A stretch of 64,000 nucleotides of DNA from Phycisphaerales bacterium (GTDB lineage Bacteria; Planctomycetota; Phycisphaerae; Phycisphaerales; UBA1924), in the NCBI GenBank assembly GCA_050174775.1, contig JBFXJP010000005.1, positions 146,135-210,134 of the forward strand, in the 5' to 3' direction. Positions 38,775-48,479 of this stretch are shown here, in pieces (within the stretch, counting starts at the first letter, position 1; every line of letters starts with the position of its first letter). Below the pieces are notes generated by a model. That model was not told the DNA's origin and did no database searches. It saw only the letters and a list, made by a program, of their open reading frames with translations. The translations under genes and the position numbers were made by a program.

Positions 38775-41700
38775 ATGGCTGAGCGGACGTTTCAGGAAGG
38801 ACGAGCGGGCAAACGAAGCACGGTGCGCACCGGGGCGGCGCTGCTGGCGTTGACGGGGCTGGCGCTGGCGAGCGTGGCGAGCGCGTGGGCGCAGGACGGG
38901 ACGGAGGGGCAGCCGGGCATCCCGCCGGAGGCGCTTGCCGCGATGAAGGCGGCGCAGGGCGGGGGCAAGGGGGGGGACGACAAGAAGGAAGATTTCCCGA
39001 AGTTCGACGAGGTGATCAAGGAGTACACGAAGGTCGTGTCGACGGCGGACGGCGCCGCGAGCATGTACACGCTGTACCGGCGCGACAAGGACAACCAGCT
39101 GCTGGCGGAGCTGCCTCGTGATTTCGAGCGGCAGAAGCTGTTCGTGGCGACCACGATCGCGGGGGGCACTCCCACGGCGGGCATCCAGTTCGGCGACACG
39201 TTCGTGTACTGGAAGCGCGTGGACAAGCGGCTCATGCTGGTGCAGCCGAACCTCGGCGTGCGCTCGACGGGGGACCTCGAATCGCAGAAGTCGCGCGACA
39301 ATCTCTTCACCGATCGCGTGCTGCTCGACGTGCCGATCGTGACGATGAGCCCGGGTGGAGGCCCGGTGATCGACCTGGACGACCTGCTCGTGGGGCAGGC
39401 GGACAAGTTCTTCGGGCCGATGACCAAGGGCGTGAACAAGGCGCTCGCGGAGCTGGACAAGGCCAAGGCGTTCCCGCAGAACATCGAGGTGGCGTTCCGG
39501 ATGCCGCTCGCGGCGGCGGGCGGCTCGCTGACCACGCTGCACTATTCGTGGAGCGTGCTGCCGGAGAACACGGGGTACAAGCCGCGCACGGCGGACCCGC
39601 GCGTCGGCTATTTCACGACGGTGTATCAGGAGCTGGGGCAGCCCGGCTCGGAGCAGCCGTACACGCGCTACATCAACCGGTGGCAGCTGGAGAAGGCGGA
39701 CCCGAGCCTGAAGCTCAGCCCGCCCAAGCAGCCCATCGTGTTCTTCATCGAGCACACCACGCCCGTGCGCTATCGGCGCTGGGTGCGCGACGGCATCCTC
39801 GATTGGAACAAGGCCTTCGAGAAGGTCGGCATCGTGAACGCGGTCGAGGTGTATCAGCAGGACGCGCGCTCGGGCGCCCACATGGACAAGGACCCCGAGG
39901 ACGTCCGCTACAACTTCTTCCGCTGGAACTCGAACTCGATCGGGTTCGCGATCGGGCCGTCGCGCGTCGATCCGCGCACGGGGCAGATCCTCGACGCGGA
40001 CATCGTGATGAACGACGGGTTCATCCGCTCCTACGGGCGGACGTTCAAGAACCTCGTGCCGCAGGTGGCGATGGAGGGGTTCAACCCGCAGACGCTCCGC
40101 TGGCTGGAGACGCGTCCGCAGTGGGACCCGCGTCTGCTGCTGGCGGACGGCGCCGAGCGGCAGCGGCTGCTGGCCGAGCGCGCCGCGCGCTTCGCTTCGG
40201 GCGAGCCGATGCCCCTGCCGGGCATGCCCGCGGAGAGCCACGAGGGGCCGACGTTGCTGGGCGCCTCGGCCTATGACGGGCTCGCCAACCGCATCTCGCA
40301 GGTCAACGGCGGGTGCGCGCACTCCACCTTCAAGGCCATGGACGTCTCGCTGATGCGTCTGGGCTTCGACGCGCTCGACACGATGCGCCTGGCCGCGAAG
40401 CCGGGGGAAGGTTCTCCGGGCGGGGGCGACGGTGATGACAACCTCATCGACGGGCTCCCTGAGGAGTACATCGGCGAGCTGATCAAGGAAGTCACGGCGC
40501 ACGAGGTCGGGCACACGCTCGGCCTGCGTCACAACTTCAAGGCGTCGTCCCTCTACGACATGAAGGAGATCAACGCGGCCGAGTTCAAGGGCAAGGCCCA
40601 GGTCGGCTCGGTGATGGACTACAACCCGGTCAACATCAACTTCAACGACGGGCCCGCGCAGGGCGACTGGGTGACGCCCGTCATCGGCCCGTACGACTAC
40701 TGGGTGATCGAGTACGGGTACACGGCGGAGAACGACCTCAAGCCGATCCTCGCCAAGTGCACCGACCCGAACCTCGCGTACCTCACCGATGAGGACACGT
40801 GGGGCCCTGACCCGTACGCGCGCCGGTTCGACTTCGGCAAGGACCCCGTCGGCTGGGCCGAGTCGCGCATGCGTCTCGTGCAGCACCTGCGCTCCAAGAT
40901 CCTCGAGCGCGCGGTGAAGGACGGGGAGTCGTGGGAGAAGGCCCGCACGGCGTACCTCGTGACGCTGGGCCAGCACGTCTCCGCCCTGTCGGTCTCGGCC
41001 AACTGGGTCGGCGGCTCGTTCGTGAATCGTGATCGCAAGGGCGACGTGGTCTCTTCCACGGGTAAGTCGCGCGACCCGATCGAGAACATCCCGGCCGAGA
41101 CGCAGCGCCGCGCGATGCGCCTGGTCATCGACAACGCGTTCAAGGATGAGGCGTTCGGTCTGACGCCCGAGCTGCTCGCCAAGATGTCCATCGACAAGTG
41201 GTGGGACGAGGGCGGCATGAGCGGGATCTACGAGGACCCGACGTACCCGGTGCACGAGCGCGTCGCGGCGGTGCAGTCGTCCGCGATGACGATGCTGGTC
41301 AACCCCACGACGCTCTCGCGCGTCTACGACAACGAGCTGCGCGTGCCGTCGGGCGAGGACGCCCTCACCGTGGCCGAGGTCATGACGGCCACCACCGACG
41401 CGATCTGGTCGGAGCTGGACGGTCGGTCGACGGGCAAGTACACGGCGCGCCAGCCGATGATCTCGAGCCTGCGTCGGAATCTGCAGCGCGATCACCTCAA
41501 CCGGCTGATCGACCTGACGATGCCGTACGCCCTGGGCGGGTCCGCGGCCGAGAACGCCGTGGCCACCCTCTCCTGCCTCAAGCTGCGCGAGATCCAGTCT
41601 CGGATCGGCAAGGCCCTGGGCAAGGACGAGGCGGGCGCGGGTCTTGACCCGTACTCCGTCGCGCACCTTGTCGACGCCAAGAAGCGCATCGAGAAGGCGC

Positions 41701-41789
41701 TCGATGCGCAGTACATCGCCAACAACAACCCCTTCGGCGCGTTCGGCGGGTTCATGCTCTTCGGGCAGCCCGCGGGCTCGGGGAACTAA
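38775..41789 (+). CDS. Secreted zinc metalloprotease (HExxH...H type, large DUF5117/DUF4953-like family)
   Basis: Signal peptide TGAALLALTGLALASVASAWA. Zinc site TAHEVGHTLGLRHNF. About 1000 aa. Confidence 0.8.
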   Translation: MAERTFQEGRAGKRSTVRTGAALLALTGLALASVASAWAQDGTEGQPGIPPEALAAMKAAQGGGKGGDDKKEDFPKFDEVIKEYTKVVSTADGAASMYTLYRRDKDNQLLAELPRDFERQKLFVATTIAGGTPTAGIQFGDTFVYWKRVDKRLMLVQPNLGVRSTGDLESQKSRDNLFTDRVLLDVPIVTMSPGGGPVIDLDDLLVGQADKFFGPMTKGVNKALAELDKAKAFPQNIEVAFRMPLAAAGGSLTTLHYSWSVLPENTGYKPRTADPRVGYFTTVYQELGQPGSEQPYTRYINRWQLEKADPSLKLSPPKQPIVFFIEHTTPVRYRRWVRDGILDWNKAFEKVGIVNAVEVYQQDARSGAHMDKDPEDVRYNFFRWNSNSIGFAIGPSRVDPRTGQILDADIVMNDGFIRSYGRTFKNLVPQVAMEGFNPQTLRWLETRPQWDPRLLLADGAERQRLLAERAARFASGEPMPLPGMPAESHEGPTLLGASAYDGLANRISQVNGGCAHSTFKAMDVSLMRLGFDALDTMRLAAKPGEGSPGGGDGDDNLIDGLPEEYIGELIKEVTAHEVGHTLGLRHNFKASSLYDMKEINAAEFKGKAQVGSVMDYNPVNINFNDGPAQGDWVTPVIGPYDYWVIEYGYTAENDLKPILAKCTDPNLAYLTDEDTWGPDPYARRFDFGKDPVGWAESRMRLVQHLRSKILERAVKDGESWEKARTAYLVTLGQHVSALSVSANWVGGSFVNRDRKGDVVSSTGKSRDPIENIPAETQRRAMRLVIDNAFKDEAFGLTPELLAKMSIDKWWDEGGMSGIYEDPTYPVHERVAAVQSSAMTMLVNPTTLSRVYDNELRVPSGEDALTVAEVMTATTDAIWSELDGRSTGKYTARQPMISSLRRNLQRDHLNRLIDLTMPYALGGSAAENAVATLSCLKLREIQSRIGKALGKDEAGAGLDPYSVAHLVDAKKRIEKALDAQYIANNNPFGAFGGFMLFGQPAGSGN

Positions 41790-41824
41790 CGAGCCGACGC
41801 GTCACGTCGTTCGTACACCAGAGC

Positions 41825-41864
41825 GGGCCGCGGTCCACGTCGATCGCGGCCCGTTTCTCGTTTT
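41825..41864 (+). terminator. Rho-independent terminator
   Basis: Stem GGGCCGCG/CGCGGCCC (41825-41832 and 41845-41852) followed by GTTTCTCGTTTT. Confidence 0.6.
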
Positions 41865-41894
41865 GCTCTCGCGCGCGCCGCTGCGCGCAGGCGC

Positions 41895-42416
41895 TCACAT
41901 GATCGAGCCCAGCCGCAGCGCACGGCGCAGGTCGGCGATCTGGCCCGTGTGCATGCCGTTGTGGAAGACCATGCGGAAGACCAGCATCCCGAGCGTTTGC
42001 TGGCCCGCGCCCCAGGGCACGCCGCGATCGAGGTCCGCGTCCTTGGACGCGCGGATCGCGCGCGCCAGTCTGTCGCACCCTCCCTCGAACACCTCCACGC
42101 AGCGCGCGAGCGCGGGATATTCGTTCACATCTCCGCTCGGCGTCGAGCCGAAGCAGACGCCCTCCGTGGCGAAGCGGTTCGCGTCGCCCTTGGTCGCGCC
42201 CTCGATGAAGACCTCGGGCGGGAGCGGGCCGCCGTCGAAGAAGCCTGCGACGCGGTGCATGGTGTGGGCGAGGTGCCCGAGCGACCAGGCGACGTGGTTG
42301 GGGAGCGTCGGCGCCTGGGCCGCGCGGTTCTGGTCGGTGAAGCCCTTGAGGTACCGGTTCACGAGTTCCTTCGTGCTCTCGACGCCCCGGGCGAGGTATT
42401 CCTGCGCGCTGGCCAT
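41895..42416 (-). CDS. DinB-family protein
   Basis: HVAWSLGHLAHTMH and MVFHNGMHTGQIADLRR motifs. Start at ATG 42416, preceded by CACACAGGAGC. Confidence 0.8.
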   Translation of the reverse strand: MASAQEYLARGVESTKELVNRYLKGFTDQNRAAQAPTLPNHVAWSLGHLAHTMHRVAGFFDGGPLPPEVFIEGATKGDANRFATEGVCFGSTPSGDVNEYPALARCVEVFEGGCDRLARAIRASKDADLDRGVPWGAGQQTLGMLVFRMVFHNGMHTGQIADLRRALRLGSIM

Positions 42417-42485
42417 GCGGGATGCTCCTGTGTGGTGTGGAGCGATCCTAGTGCGCAAGGGGCGCTCGGGCCGTGGCCAGTCGGG

Positions 42486-43532
42486 CTACGCGTCCGCGGA
42501 GCGGTGGGACGCTTCCACCAGCCCGCGGAGCGTGGCGAGCGCCGCGCCCCGCTCGATCGCCTCGCGCGCCAGGCTCAGCCCGGCCTCGGGGGACGGCGCG
42601 GCGCCGCCCACCCACAGCGCCATCGCGCTGTTCACCTCCACGATGTCGCGCGCGGGGCCGCGCTCCCCCTCGAGCACGCGCCGCAGGATGTCCGCGGCCT
42701 CTTCGAGCGTCGATGCCGCGAGCGACTCCGTTGTCGCGCGCGCGATCCCCAGCGCGGCAGGGTCAAACTCCTCCACCCACACGCGCGAGCCCTCGCAGTG
42801 GGCGATGCGGGTCGGGCCGGAGGTGGAGATCTCGTCCATGCGCCCGGCGCCGTGCACCACGGCCGCGCGCTCCGACCCGAGCCTCGAGAGCGCTCTTGCC
42901 ATGGGCTCGACGAACTCCGGCGCGAACACCCCGAGCAGTTGCCTCGGCGCGAGCGCGGGGTTGGTGAGCGGCCCGAGCAGATTGAAGATCGTGGGGAAGG
43001 CGAGCGCCTTGCGCACCGGCGCCACATGCTTTGTCGCTGGGTGGTGATGAATCGCGAAGCAGAAGCACACGCCCACGTCGCGCAGGCAGCGAGCCTGGGT
43101 CTCGGGCGATGCGTCTACGTTCACGCCGAGCATGGCGAGCGCTTCCGCGGAGCCCCGACCGGTGCGCGACCGGTTGCCGTGCTTGGCGACACGGATGCGT
43201 TGCCCGCTGCCCGGCAGCGCGGAGGCCGAGGCCGTGACGAACGCGCTGGCCGTGGAGATGTTGAAGGTCTTCGCGGCGCCGCCGGTGCCGCAGGTGTCGA
43301 TGACGGTCTCGCCGGCGCGCGGGGTGTAGGGCACGCGCGCCACGCGCTCGCGCATGGCTCTCGCGGCGCCGACGAGCATGTCCTCGCTGACGCCGCGCGC
43401 CTGCATGAGCGTGAGCAGCGCCGCGATGCGCGCCGGCTCCTCCTCTCCCTCCAGCATCCGGTCGAACACCGCGCGCGTGGCGTCCTCGCTCAGCGTCCCC
43501 CCGCTCAACAGCGTCTCGAGCGCCTGCTGCAT
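42486..43532 (-). CDS. trpD: Anthranilate phosphoribosyltransferase
   Basis: DTCGTGGAAKTFNISTA and VAKHGNRSRTGRGSAEAL motifs. Confidence 0.9.
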   Translation of the reverse strand: MQQALETLLSGGTLSEDATRAVFDRMLEGEEEPARIAALLTLMQARGVSEDMLVGAARAMRERVARVPYTPRAGETVIDTCGTGGAAKTFNISTASAFVTASASALPGSGQRIRVAKHGNRSRTGRGSAEALAMLGVNVDASPETQARCLRDVGVCFCFAIHHHPATKHVAPVRKALAFPTIFNLLGPLTNPALAPRQLLGVFAPEFVEPMARALSRLGSERAAVVHGAGRMDEISTSGPTRIAHCEGSRVWVEEFDPAALGIARATTESLAASTLEEAADILRRVLEGERGPARDIVEVNSAMALWVGGAAPSPEAGLSLAREAIERGAALATLRGLVEASHRSADA

Positions 43533-43801
43533 CCCACGGAGCCTATCGGCCCCCCGCGCGGCACATTCGACTCCCCACCCCGCGAAAACCCGTCACACCC
43601 GCTCCGAACGCGGGAATAACCCCTCCTGGGGCGCTCTCGTGACGCCCTTCCCCTCACCCGCAAGCCCACAAACACCGACGTACCATCCCCGAACCCGTGC
43701 GGGGCCTGCGCGTCCTATCCGGCGTGCCCTGGTGTACAGACAGAGTTTCCGGCCCCGGCCACCGGCCGACCCGGGCCCATCCATCCCAAGGAACCGAATC
43801 C

Positions 43802-45508
43802 ATGCCGCGTCTCGCGACCCGTCGTCCCTCCCGCAGCGTCCTCGCCCTTCTCGTCTCGGCTGGATTGGCATCCCTGGCCCACGCCGACCTCCCCGCGATT
43901 CTTGACCGTGCGCCGCAGGGCGCGACCGCGATCCTCGCGGCTCCCAGCTTCAACAAGCTCGACTCCGGCGCCGCGGGCCTGCTCGGCGTGCTGGGCCAGG
44001 CGCCCAACGGCCTCAAGGCCGCGATGGAGATGCTCGGTCTTGCGCAGACGGTCGACATGACCCGCCCGGTGGCGGTGCTGGTGATGCCGTTGGGCGATCC
44101 GAACGCCGCGGCCGATGCGCCGCCGATCATCGCGCTGCTCCCGGTGAACGATTTCCAGGCGATGGCGAAGGCGCTCGATGCGACGGACCCGGGCGCCGCG
44201 ATGCCGGAGATCTCCCTCCAGGGCGAGACGTTCTATGCCAAGCCGGTCGAGGGCGGGTACGCCGCGCTCAGCCCGCTGAAGGATCTGCTCGAGAAGTTCG
44301 ACGGCGCCGGCGGGAATCTCGCGGCCCACGCCGCGGCGCTCGGTCAGGCCGGTGAGCGCGTGGCGTCCAAGGGCGACGTGTTCATCATGTTCGATCCTGC
44401 TGCGGTGCAGGAGATGTCGAAGGCCGGGCTGAATCCGCTGGCGGGCGCGCTGCAGAAGCCGCTGATGGCCGCGGGTCTGGGCGGCGCGATGGGCCAGCAG
44501 GGCGGGATGCCCGGCGCGAAGCTGATGCAGGACGCCGTGGGCGGCGTGATCGCGCTGCACAACGCGCCGGCGGGGCTGCACGTCGAGCTGGCGATGAACT
44601 ACAAGCCGGGCTCGGAGCGGGCGAGCATGCTCGAGGCGGGCGGGTCGTCCGCGTCGCTGCTCAACAAACTGCCCAGCGAGCCGTTCCTCATCGCGTACGC
44701 GGCCGATCTCTCGACGCCGGGCATGAAGAAGCTCATCGAGCACGTGGGCGGGAAGGATCCCGCGGCCGCGGCGTCCCAGCCGCTGCTCGCGCTCGGCGCC
44801 GCGGTCGAAGGCCAGGCCGTGGCCATCTATCCGAACCCCGCAGGGCTCTTCGGCGGTCTGCTTGCGCGTTCGGTTTCGTACTACGCGGCCAAGAACCCCG
44901 CGGACTTCACGCACGCCTTCAAGACCTTCGTCACCGGCCTGAACGGGCAGCAGGCGGACAACAACCAGGTCGTCTCGTCGTACACCGACGGCGCCGTGGC
45001 CGAGGCGAACCTCAAGGCCGACGCGTACTCCCTCAAGGTGCTCTCCTCGGGTGGTGGCGGCTCGCCGCTCGCGTTGTTCTACGGCCCGGCCAGCGGCCCC
45101 AACGGCCACGTCGCCGCCGCAGAGAAGGGCGTCTACGTGACCACCGTGGCGGACGCGAAGCTGATGTCCAAGGCGCTGGCCACCACGTCCGACGCCTCCC
45201 TCGGCTCGAACAAGCAGCTCGCGCAGGTCGCGTCGAATCTCCCGGCCAACCGCGCGGGCGAGTTGTACATCGGCGTCGGGCCGATCCTCACGCAGGCGCT
45301 CCCGCTCATGGCGATGGCCGGCATGAACGCGAACTTCACGCCCGCGGACGACCTCTCGCCCGTGGGCATGGCGTTCATCCCTGAGGGCGGGGGCTTCTCG
45401 GTGGACGTGTTCGTGCCGAACGACGTGCTGCAGGCGGTGCAGGCGCTCGGCGCCGCGATGCAGCAGGGCGCGCCCCAGGGCGGCCAGCCGAAGAAGCCCG
45501 CGTTCTGA
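43802..45508 (+). CDS. Large secreted protein, function unknown
   Basis: Start at ATG 43802. Signal peptide SVLALLVSAGLASLAHA. Ala/Gly/Leu-rich body. No motif recognised. Confidence 0.6.
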   Translation: MPRLATRRPSRSVLALLVSAGLASLAHADLPAILDRAPQGATAILAAPSFNKLDSGAAGLLGVLGQAPNGLKAAMEMLGLAQTVDMTRPVAVLVMPLGDPNAAADAPPIIALLPVNDFQAMAKALDATDPGAAMPEISLQGETFYAKPVEGGYAALSPLKDLLEKFDGAGGNLAAHAAALGQAGERVASKGDVFIMFDPAAVQEMSKAGLNPLAGALQKPLMAAGLGGAMGQQGGMPGAKLMQDAVGGVIALHNAPAGLHVELAMNYKPGSERASMLEAGGSSASLLNKLPSEPFLIAYAADLSTPGMKKLIEHVGGKDPAAAASQPLLALGAAVEGQAVAIYPNPAGLFGGLLARSVSYYAAKNPADFTHAFKTFVTGLNGQQADNNQVVSSYTDGAVAEANLKADAYSLKVLSSGGGGSPLALFYGPASGPNGHVAAAEKGVYVTTVADAKLMSKALATTSDASLGSNKQLAQVASNLPANRAGELYIGVGPILTQALPLMAMAGMNANFTPADDLSPVGMAFIPEGGGFSVDVFVPNDVLQAVQALGAAMQQGAPQGGQPKKPAF

Positions 45509-45526
45509 GCTTGTCGTGATCCGCGA

Positions 45527-45949
45527 TTAGCCGGCGATGGCGTGCGCGATCTCTCCGGTCGTGCGCGCGGCGCACGTCGGCGCGCCGATCTCGCCCCCGC
45601 GCGCGCCGAGGCGCGCGAGCAGGGACGTGTGCGCGTACACCACGCGCCACGAGCCGTGATCGTCGCGCTCGAGCGTGGCGCGCAGCTCTTCCCCGCCGTC
45701 GAGGTGCGCGCGCCCGTCGACCGGGTCGATGACGAACGAGGCGTCGCGTGCGGGGCGGCTCACGAGCGGCTCGACTGTCCCCGGCGCCTCGTGCTCGCAG
45801 CGCGCGCCGATCTCGCCCGGGCCGCGGACCTCGATGATCCAGCGCAGCGTCCACCAGGACGCGCCGCCGGCCCCACCGACCGTCCATTCCAAGCACAGCG
45901 TGCCGGTCCACGGCGAGCTGCTCGGCACCGTCCGGGCGCGTCCGCTCAT
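45527..45949 (-). CDS. Hypothetical protein (140 aa), translationally coupled to the upstream regulator
   Basis: Its ATG overlaps the stop of the 45946-46530 gene (ATGA). Composition is plausible and Trp-rich at the N-terminus. Confidence 0.5.
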   Translation of the reverse strand: MSGRARTVPSSSPWTGTLCLEWTVGGAGGASWWTLRWIIEVRGPGEIGARCEHEAPGTVEPLVSRPARDASFVIDPVDGRAHLDGGEELRATLERDDHGSWRVVYAHTSLLARLGARGGEIGAPTCAARTTGEIAHAIAG

Positions 45950-46530
45950 CGCTTCCGCCTCCCGCGCGCCGCCGAGGGCTCCTCGTCGGCTCGCTCCATC
46001 ACGTCCGCGAGCGTCTCCGCGGCCTCGCGCAGGTCCGATCCCTCCTGCGACACCACCCGCTCGGCGAGCGCATCGAGCAGCCCGACAAACTCCACCATCG
46101 CATCGAGCCGCGCCGTGTGCTCACTCGCGCCGCCGTCCTCCGCGCGGGTCATGTCGCGGATCTCGTAGAGCGACGCGAGCAGGGGGTCCAGCTCGCGCTT
46201 CTTCCGCTCCCGGAGGATCGTCCGCAGCATCGACCACACGTCCGAGTCCGCGCGGAAGTACTCCTTCCGATCGCCCGGCTTGTGCACCCGTTGCACCAGA
46301 CCCCAGTCCACCAGCGAGCGCAGCGTCATCGACGCGTTCCCGCGGCTGATCTGCAAACGCTGCATCACCTCATCCGAGTTCAGCGGCTCGCCCACGATGT
46401 AAAGGAGCGCGTGCGCCTCGGCCATGGTGCGCCCGATCCCCCACGCGCCGGCCATCTGTCCCCACGAACGCACGAACGCGTCCTGCGCTCTGGCCTTGAC
46501 CCCAACGTCATGCGTGCCCCGACGTTCCAC
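45946..46530 (-). CDS. GbsR/MarR-type winged-helix transcriptional regulator
   Basis: GIGRTMAEAHALLYIVGEPLNSDEVMQRLQISRGNASMTLRSLVDWGLVQRVHKPGDRKEYF matches the GbsR pattern G.GR..G.LY...P...DE....L..S.G..S...R.L. Confidence 0.75.
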   Translation of the reverse strand: MERRGTHDVGVKARAQDAFVRSWGQMAGAWGIGRTMAEAHALLYIVGEPLNSDEVMQRLQISRGNASMTLRSLVDWGLVQRVHKPGDRKEYFRADSDVWSMLRTILRERKKRELDPLLASLYEIRDMTRAEDGGASEHTARLDAMVEFVGLLDALAERVVSQEGSDLREAAETLADVMERADEEPSAARGRRKR

Positions 46531-46597
46531 GACCCTGCCTCCAGACCATCCGACGAGCGCGGTTCACGATGCTCGTACGGTCCTGGATCATAGAGTG

Positions 46598-46613
46598 TTC
46601 AAAACATTTTGAA
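46598..46613. promoter_or_regulatory. Perfect 7-bp inverted repeat, candidate operator
   Basis: TTCAAAA-CA-TTTTGAA lies 68-83 nt upstream of the GbsR-like start, in the most AT-rich stretch of the window. Confidence 0.35.
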
Positions 46614-46643
46614 ACAGTCCCCGGAGTCTCACTGCCGCAAAAA

Positions 46644-46728
46644 GACACAGATTTGAGTGCGAATGCGCGCACATGACACAAAGCGGGGTGTTCGGATGGC
46701 CTCTGCCCCGCCAGACGACACAGATTTG
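46644..46728. repeat. Two direct copies of GACACAGATTTG
   Basis: Identical 12-mers at 46644-46655 and 46717-46728 (73-nt period) inside the 336-nt intergenic region. Confidence 0.5.
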
Positions 46729-46777
46729 CAAAAAGAAAAGAAGGCGGCGAGCCGCCGAAGGCAGTCTCGCCGCCCTT
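46729..46777 (-). terminator. Rho-independent terminator (minus strand)
   Basis: 9-bp stem GGCGGCGAG/CTCGCCGCC (46743-46751 and 46766-46774). On the minus strand it is followed by TTCTTTTCTTTTTG. It lies about 90 nt downstream of the UbiA-family stop. Confidence 0.6.
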
Positions 46778-46866
46778 CCGGGGGCTGAGTAAGTGCTTGA
46801 AATATACCCCTCCCTGGCATCCGCTGCCACCAAACGAGCAAACTTTTTTTCCTGCGAAACAGTACC

Positions 46867-47835
46867 TCACCCGCGCAACATGACGTCAAAGCACCCCGCG
46901 CTGCCGACTGCCAACGCCACCACGCCGTTGATCAGCCCGAAAGAGACCGGCAATCCGGCGATTCCGCGCCTCGACAGATGCACGTGCTCCCACACCAGCA
47001 ACGCTCCGACACCCAATCCTGCCACCCCGAAAATCGTTCCCAAGCGCGGGTCAGAAACCCAAACAAGGACCAGGGCGCCGAACGCGAGCGCGTGTAATCC
47101 ACGACTCATCCACCGAGCGGATCTCCCGCCCCACCGCGCTGGAACGCTCCGGAGCCCGACGCCTCGGTCAAACGCCTCATCTTGGAGCGAATAGAGCACG
47201 TCAAATCCGGCGACCCAACACAGCACCATGGACGCGAGACACCACAACGGGGTGCCGTGCCACAAATACGTGGGATCGACCGCGATCGCCGCGGCCACCG
47301 GGCTCGCCGCCAGAGCGCCCCCGAGAAACAGGTGCGACGCCCACGTGAACCGTTTCGTGAATGAGTAGAACGCGATCCACACCAGCGTCGGCAAGGCCAG
47401 CATCAACGGCCATGGATTGTCGAACGCCATCCAGAACAGCCCGCAGCACACCACGAACGCGAGACCCGCGATCACGGCGATCCGCACCGCATCGCTGCGC
47501 CCCAGCCGCCCCGACGCGAGCGCGCGACCCGCGGTCCGTGGATTCGCCGCATCGAACGCACGGTCCGCGATCCGGTTCACCAGCATCGCCCACGTCCGCG
47601 CGAACACCATGCACACCACCACCAGCCCGAGCTGACCCGCGAACCTCCCCCATCCTCCGCCGGCAGTCGCTCCTTCCCCCCGGAACATCGGCGCCGCCAG
47701 AAACGCGCCGAGCACCGCGAACGGCAACGCGAAGACCGAGTGCGCCAGCTTGATGTCGCGCAGCGCCAGCCCCACGCGCTGCGGCCAGGCCCCGCGCGCC
47801 ACACCCTCCATCTCCGCTGTAGCCGTCCCGCTCAT
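46867..47835 (-). CDS. UbiA-family aromatic prenyltransferase
   Basis: Multi-TM protein with NRIADRAFDAANPRTAGRALASG (UbiA Asp-rich motif region). ATG overlaps the ubiX stop (ATGA at 47832-47835). Confidence 0.85.
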   Translation of the reverse strand: MSGTATAEMEGVARGAWPQRVGLALRDIKLAHSVFALPFAVLGAFLAAPMFRGEGATAGGGWGRFAGQLGLVVVCMVFARTWAMLVNRIADRAFDAANPRTAGRALASGRLGRSDAVRIAVIAGLAFVVCCGLFWMAFDNPWPLMLALPTLVWIAFYSFTKRFTWASHLFLGGALAASPVAAAIAVDPTYLWHGTPLWCLASMVLCWVAGFDVLYSLQDEAFDRGVGLRSVPARWGGRSARWMSRGLHALAFGALVLVWVSDPRLGTIFGVAGLGVGALLVWEHVHLSRRGIAGLPVSFGLINGVVALAVGSAGCFDVMLRG

Positions 47836-48479
47836 TCCCCCGGATGGTACGGACCTTCCGACGATTCCTCGTCCGCGCCGCGCACGCCGTCCTCCCACCG
47901 GATCGGCAGTTCATGCTCCACGCCGAGCAGATCCAGCACCTTCCCGGCCACGAAGTCCACCAGGTCCTCCACGCGCCTGGGCAGCAGATAGAACCCCGGG
48001 CTCGCCGGGCACACGATCCCCCCCGCAAGCGTCACCTGGCGCATCGACTCGATGTCCATCAGCGTCAGCGGCGCCTCCCGATGCACCAGCACCAGCCGGC
48101 GGCGTTCCTTCAACGTGCATGCCGCGGCCCGCGTCAGCAGATTGTCCCCCAGCCCGTGCGCGATCGCGTTGAGCGTGTGGCTCGAGCACGGCACGACCGC
48201 CATCCCGTCGTGCTTGAAACTCCCCGACGCGATCACCGCGCCGATGTCCCGGTGGTTGTGCCGCACGACGAGCCCCGCGCGCGGGTCGTCCGCCCCGCCC
48301 AGGCCCGCCAGCGTCCACACGTCCACCCCCTCCATGCCGAGCTCGTCGTGCAGCAGCCGCGCCCCCGGGGGAGTCACCACGACATGGGCCTCGTGTCCGA
48401 GCCCCACAAGCGTGGAGATCACCCGTCGCGCATACGCCGCGCCGCTCGCCCCGCTGATCCCGATGACATACCGACCCAC
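47832..48479 (-). CDS. ubiX: Flavin prenyltransferase UbiX
   Basis: IGISGASGAAYARRV ... HVVVTPPGARLL ... MAVVPCSSHTL ... LVLVHREAPL. Confidence 0.9.
   Translation of the reverse strand: MGRYVIGISGASGAAYARRVISTLVGLGHEAHVVVTPPGARLLHDELGMEGVDVWTLAGLGGADDPRAGLVVRHNHRDIGAVIASGSFKHDGMAVVPCSSHTLNAIAHGLGDNLLTRAAACTLKERRRLVLVHREAPLTLMDIESMRQVTLAGGIVCPASPGFYLLPRRVEDLVDFVAGKVLDLLGVEHELPIRWEDGVRGADEESSEGPYHPGE

Noticed and set aside
38640-41666. 1008-aa minus-strand ORF
   Set aside because: It is antisense to the HExxH metalloprotease gene and has shadow-type composition (Arg/Leu/His/Asp/Val).
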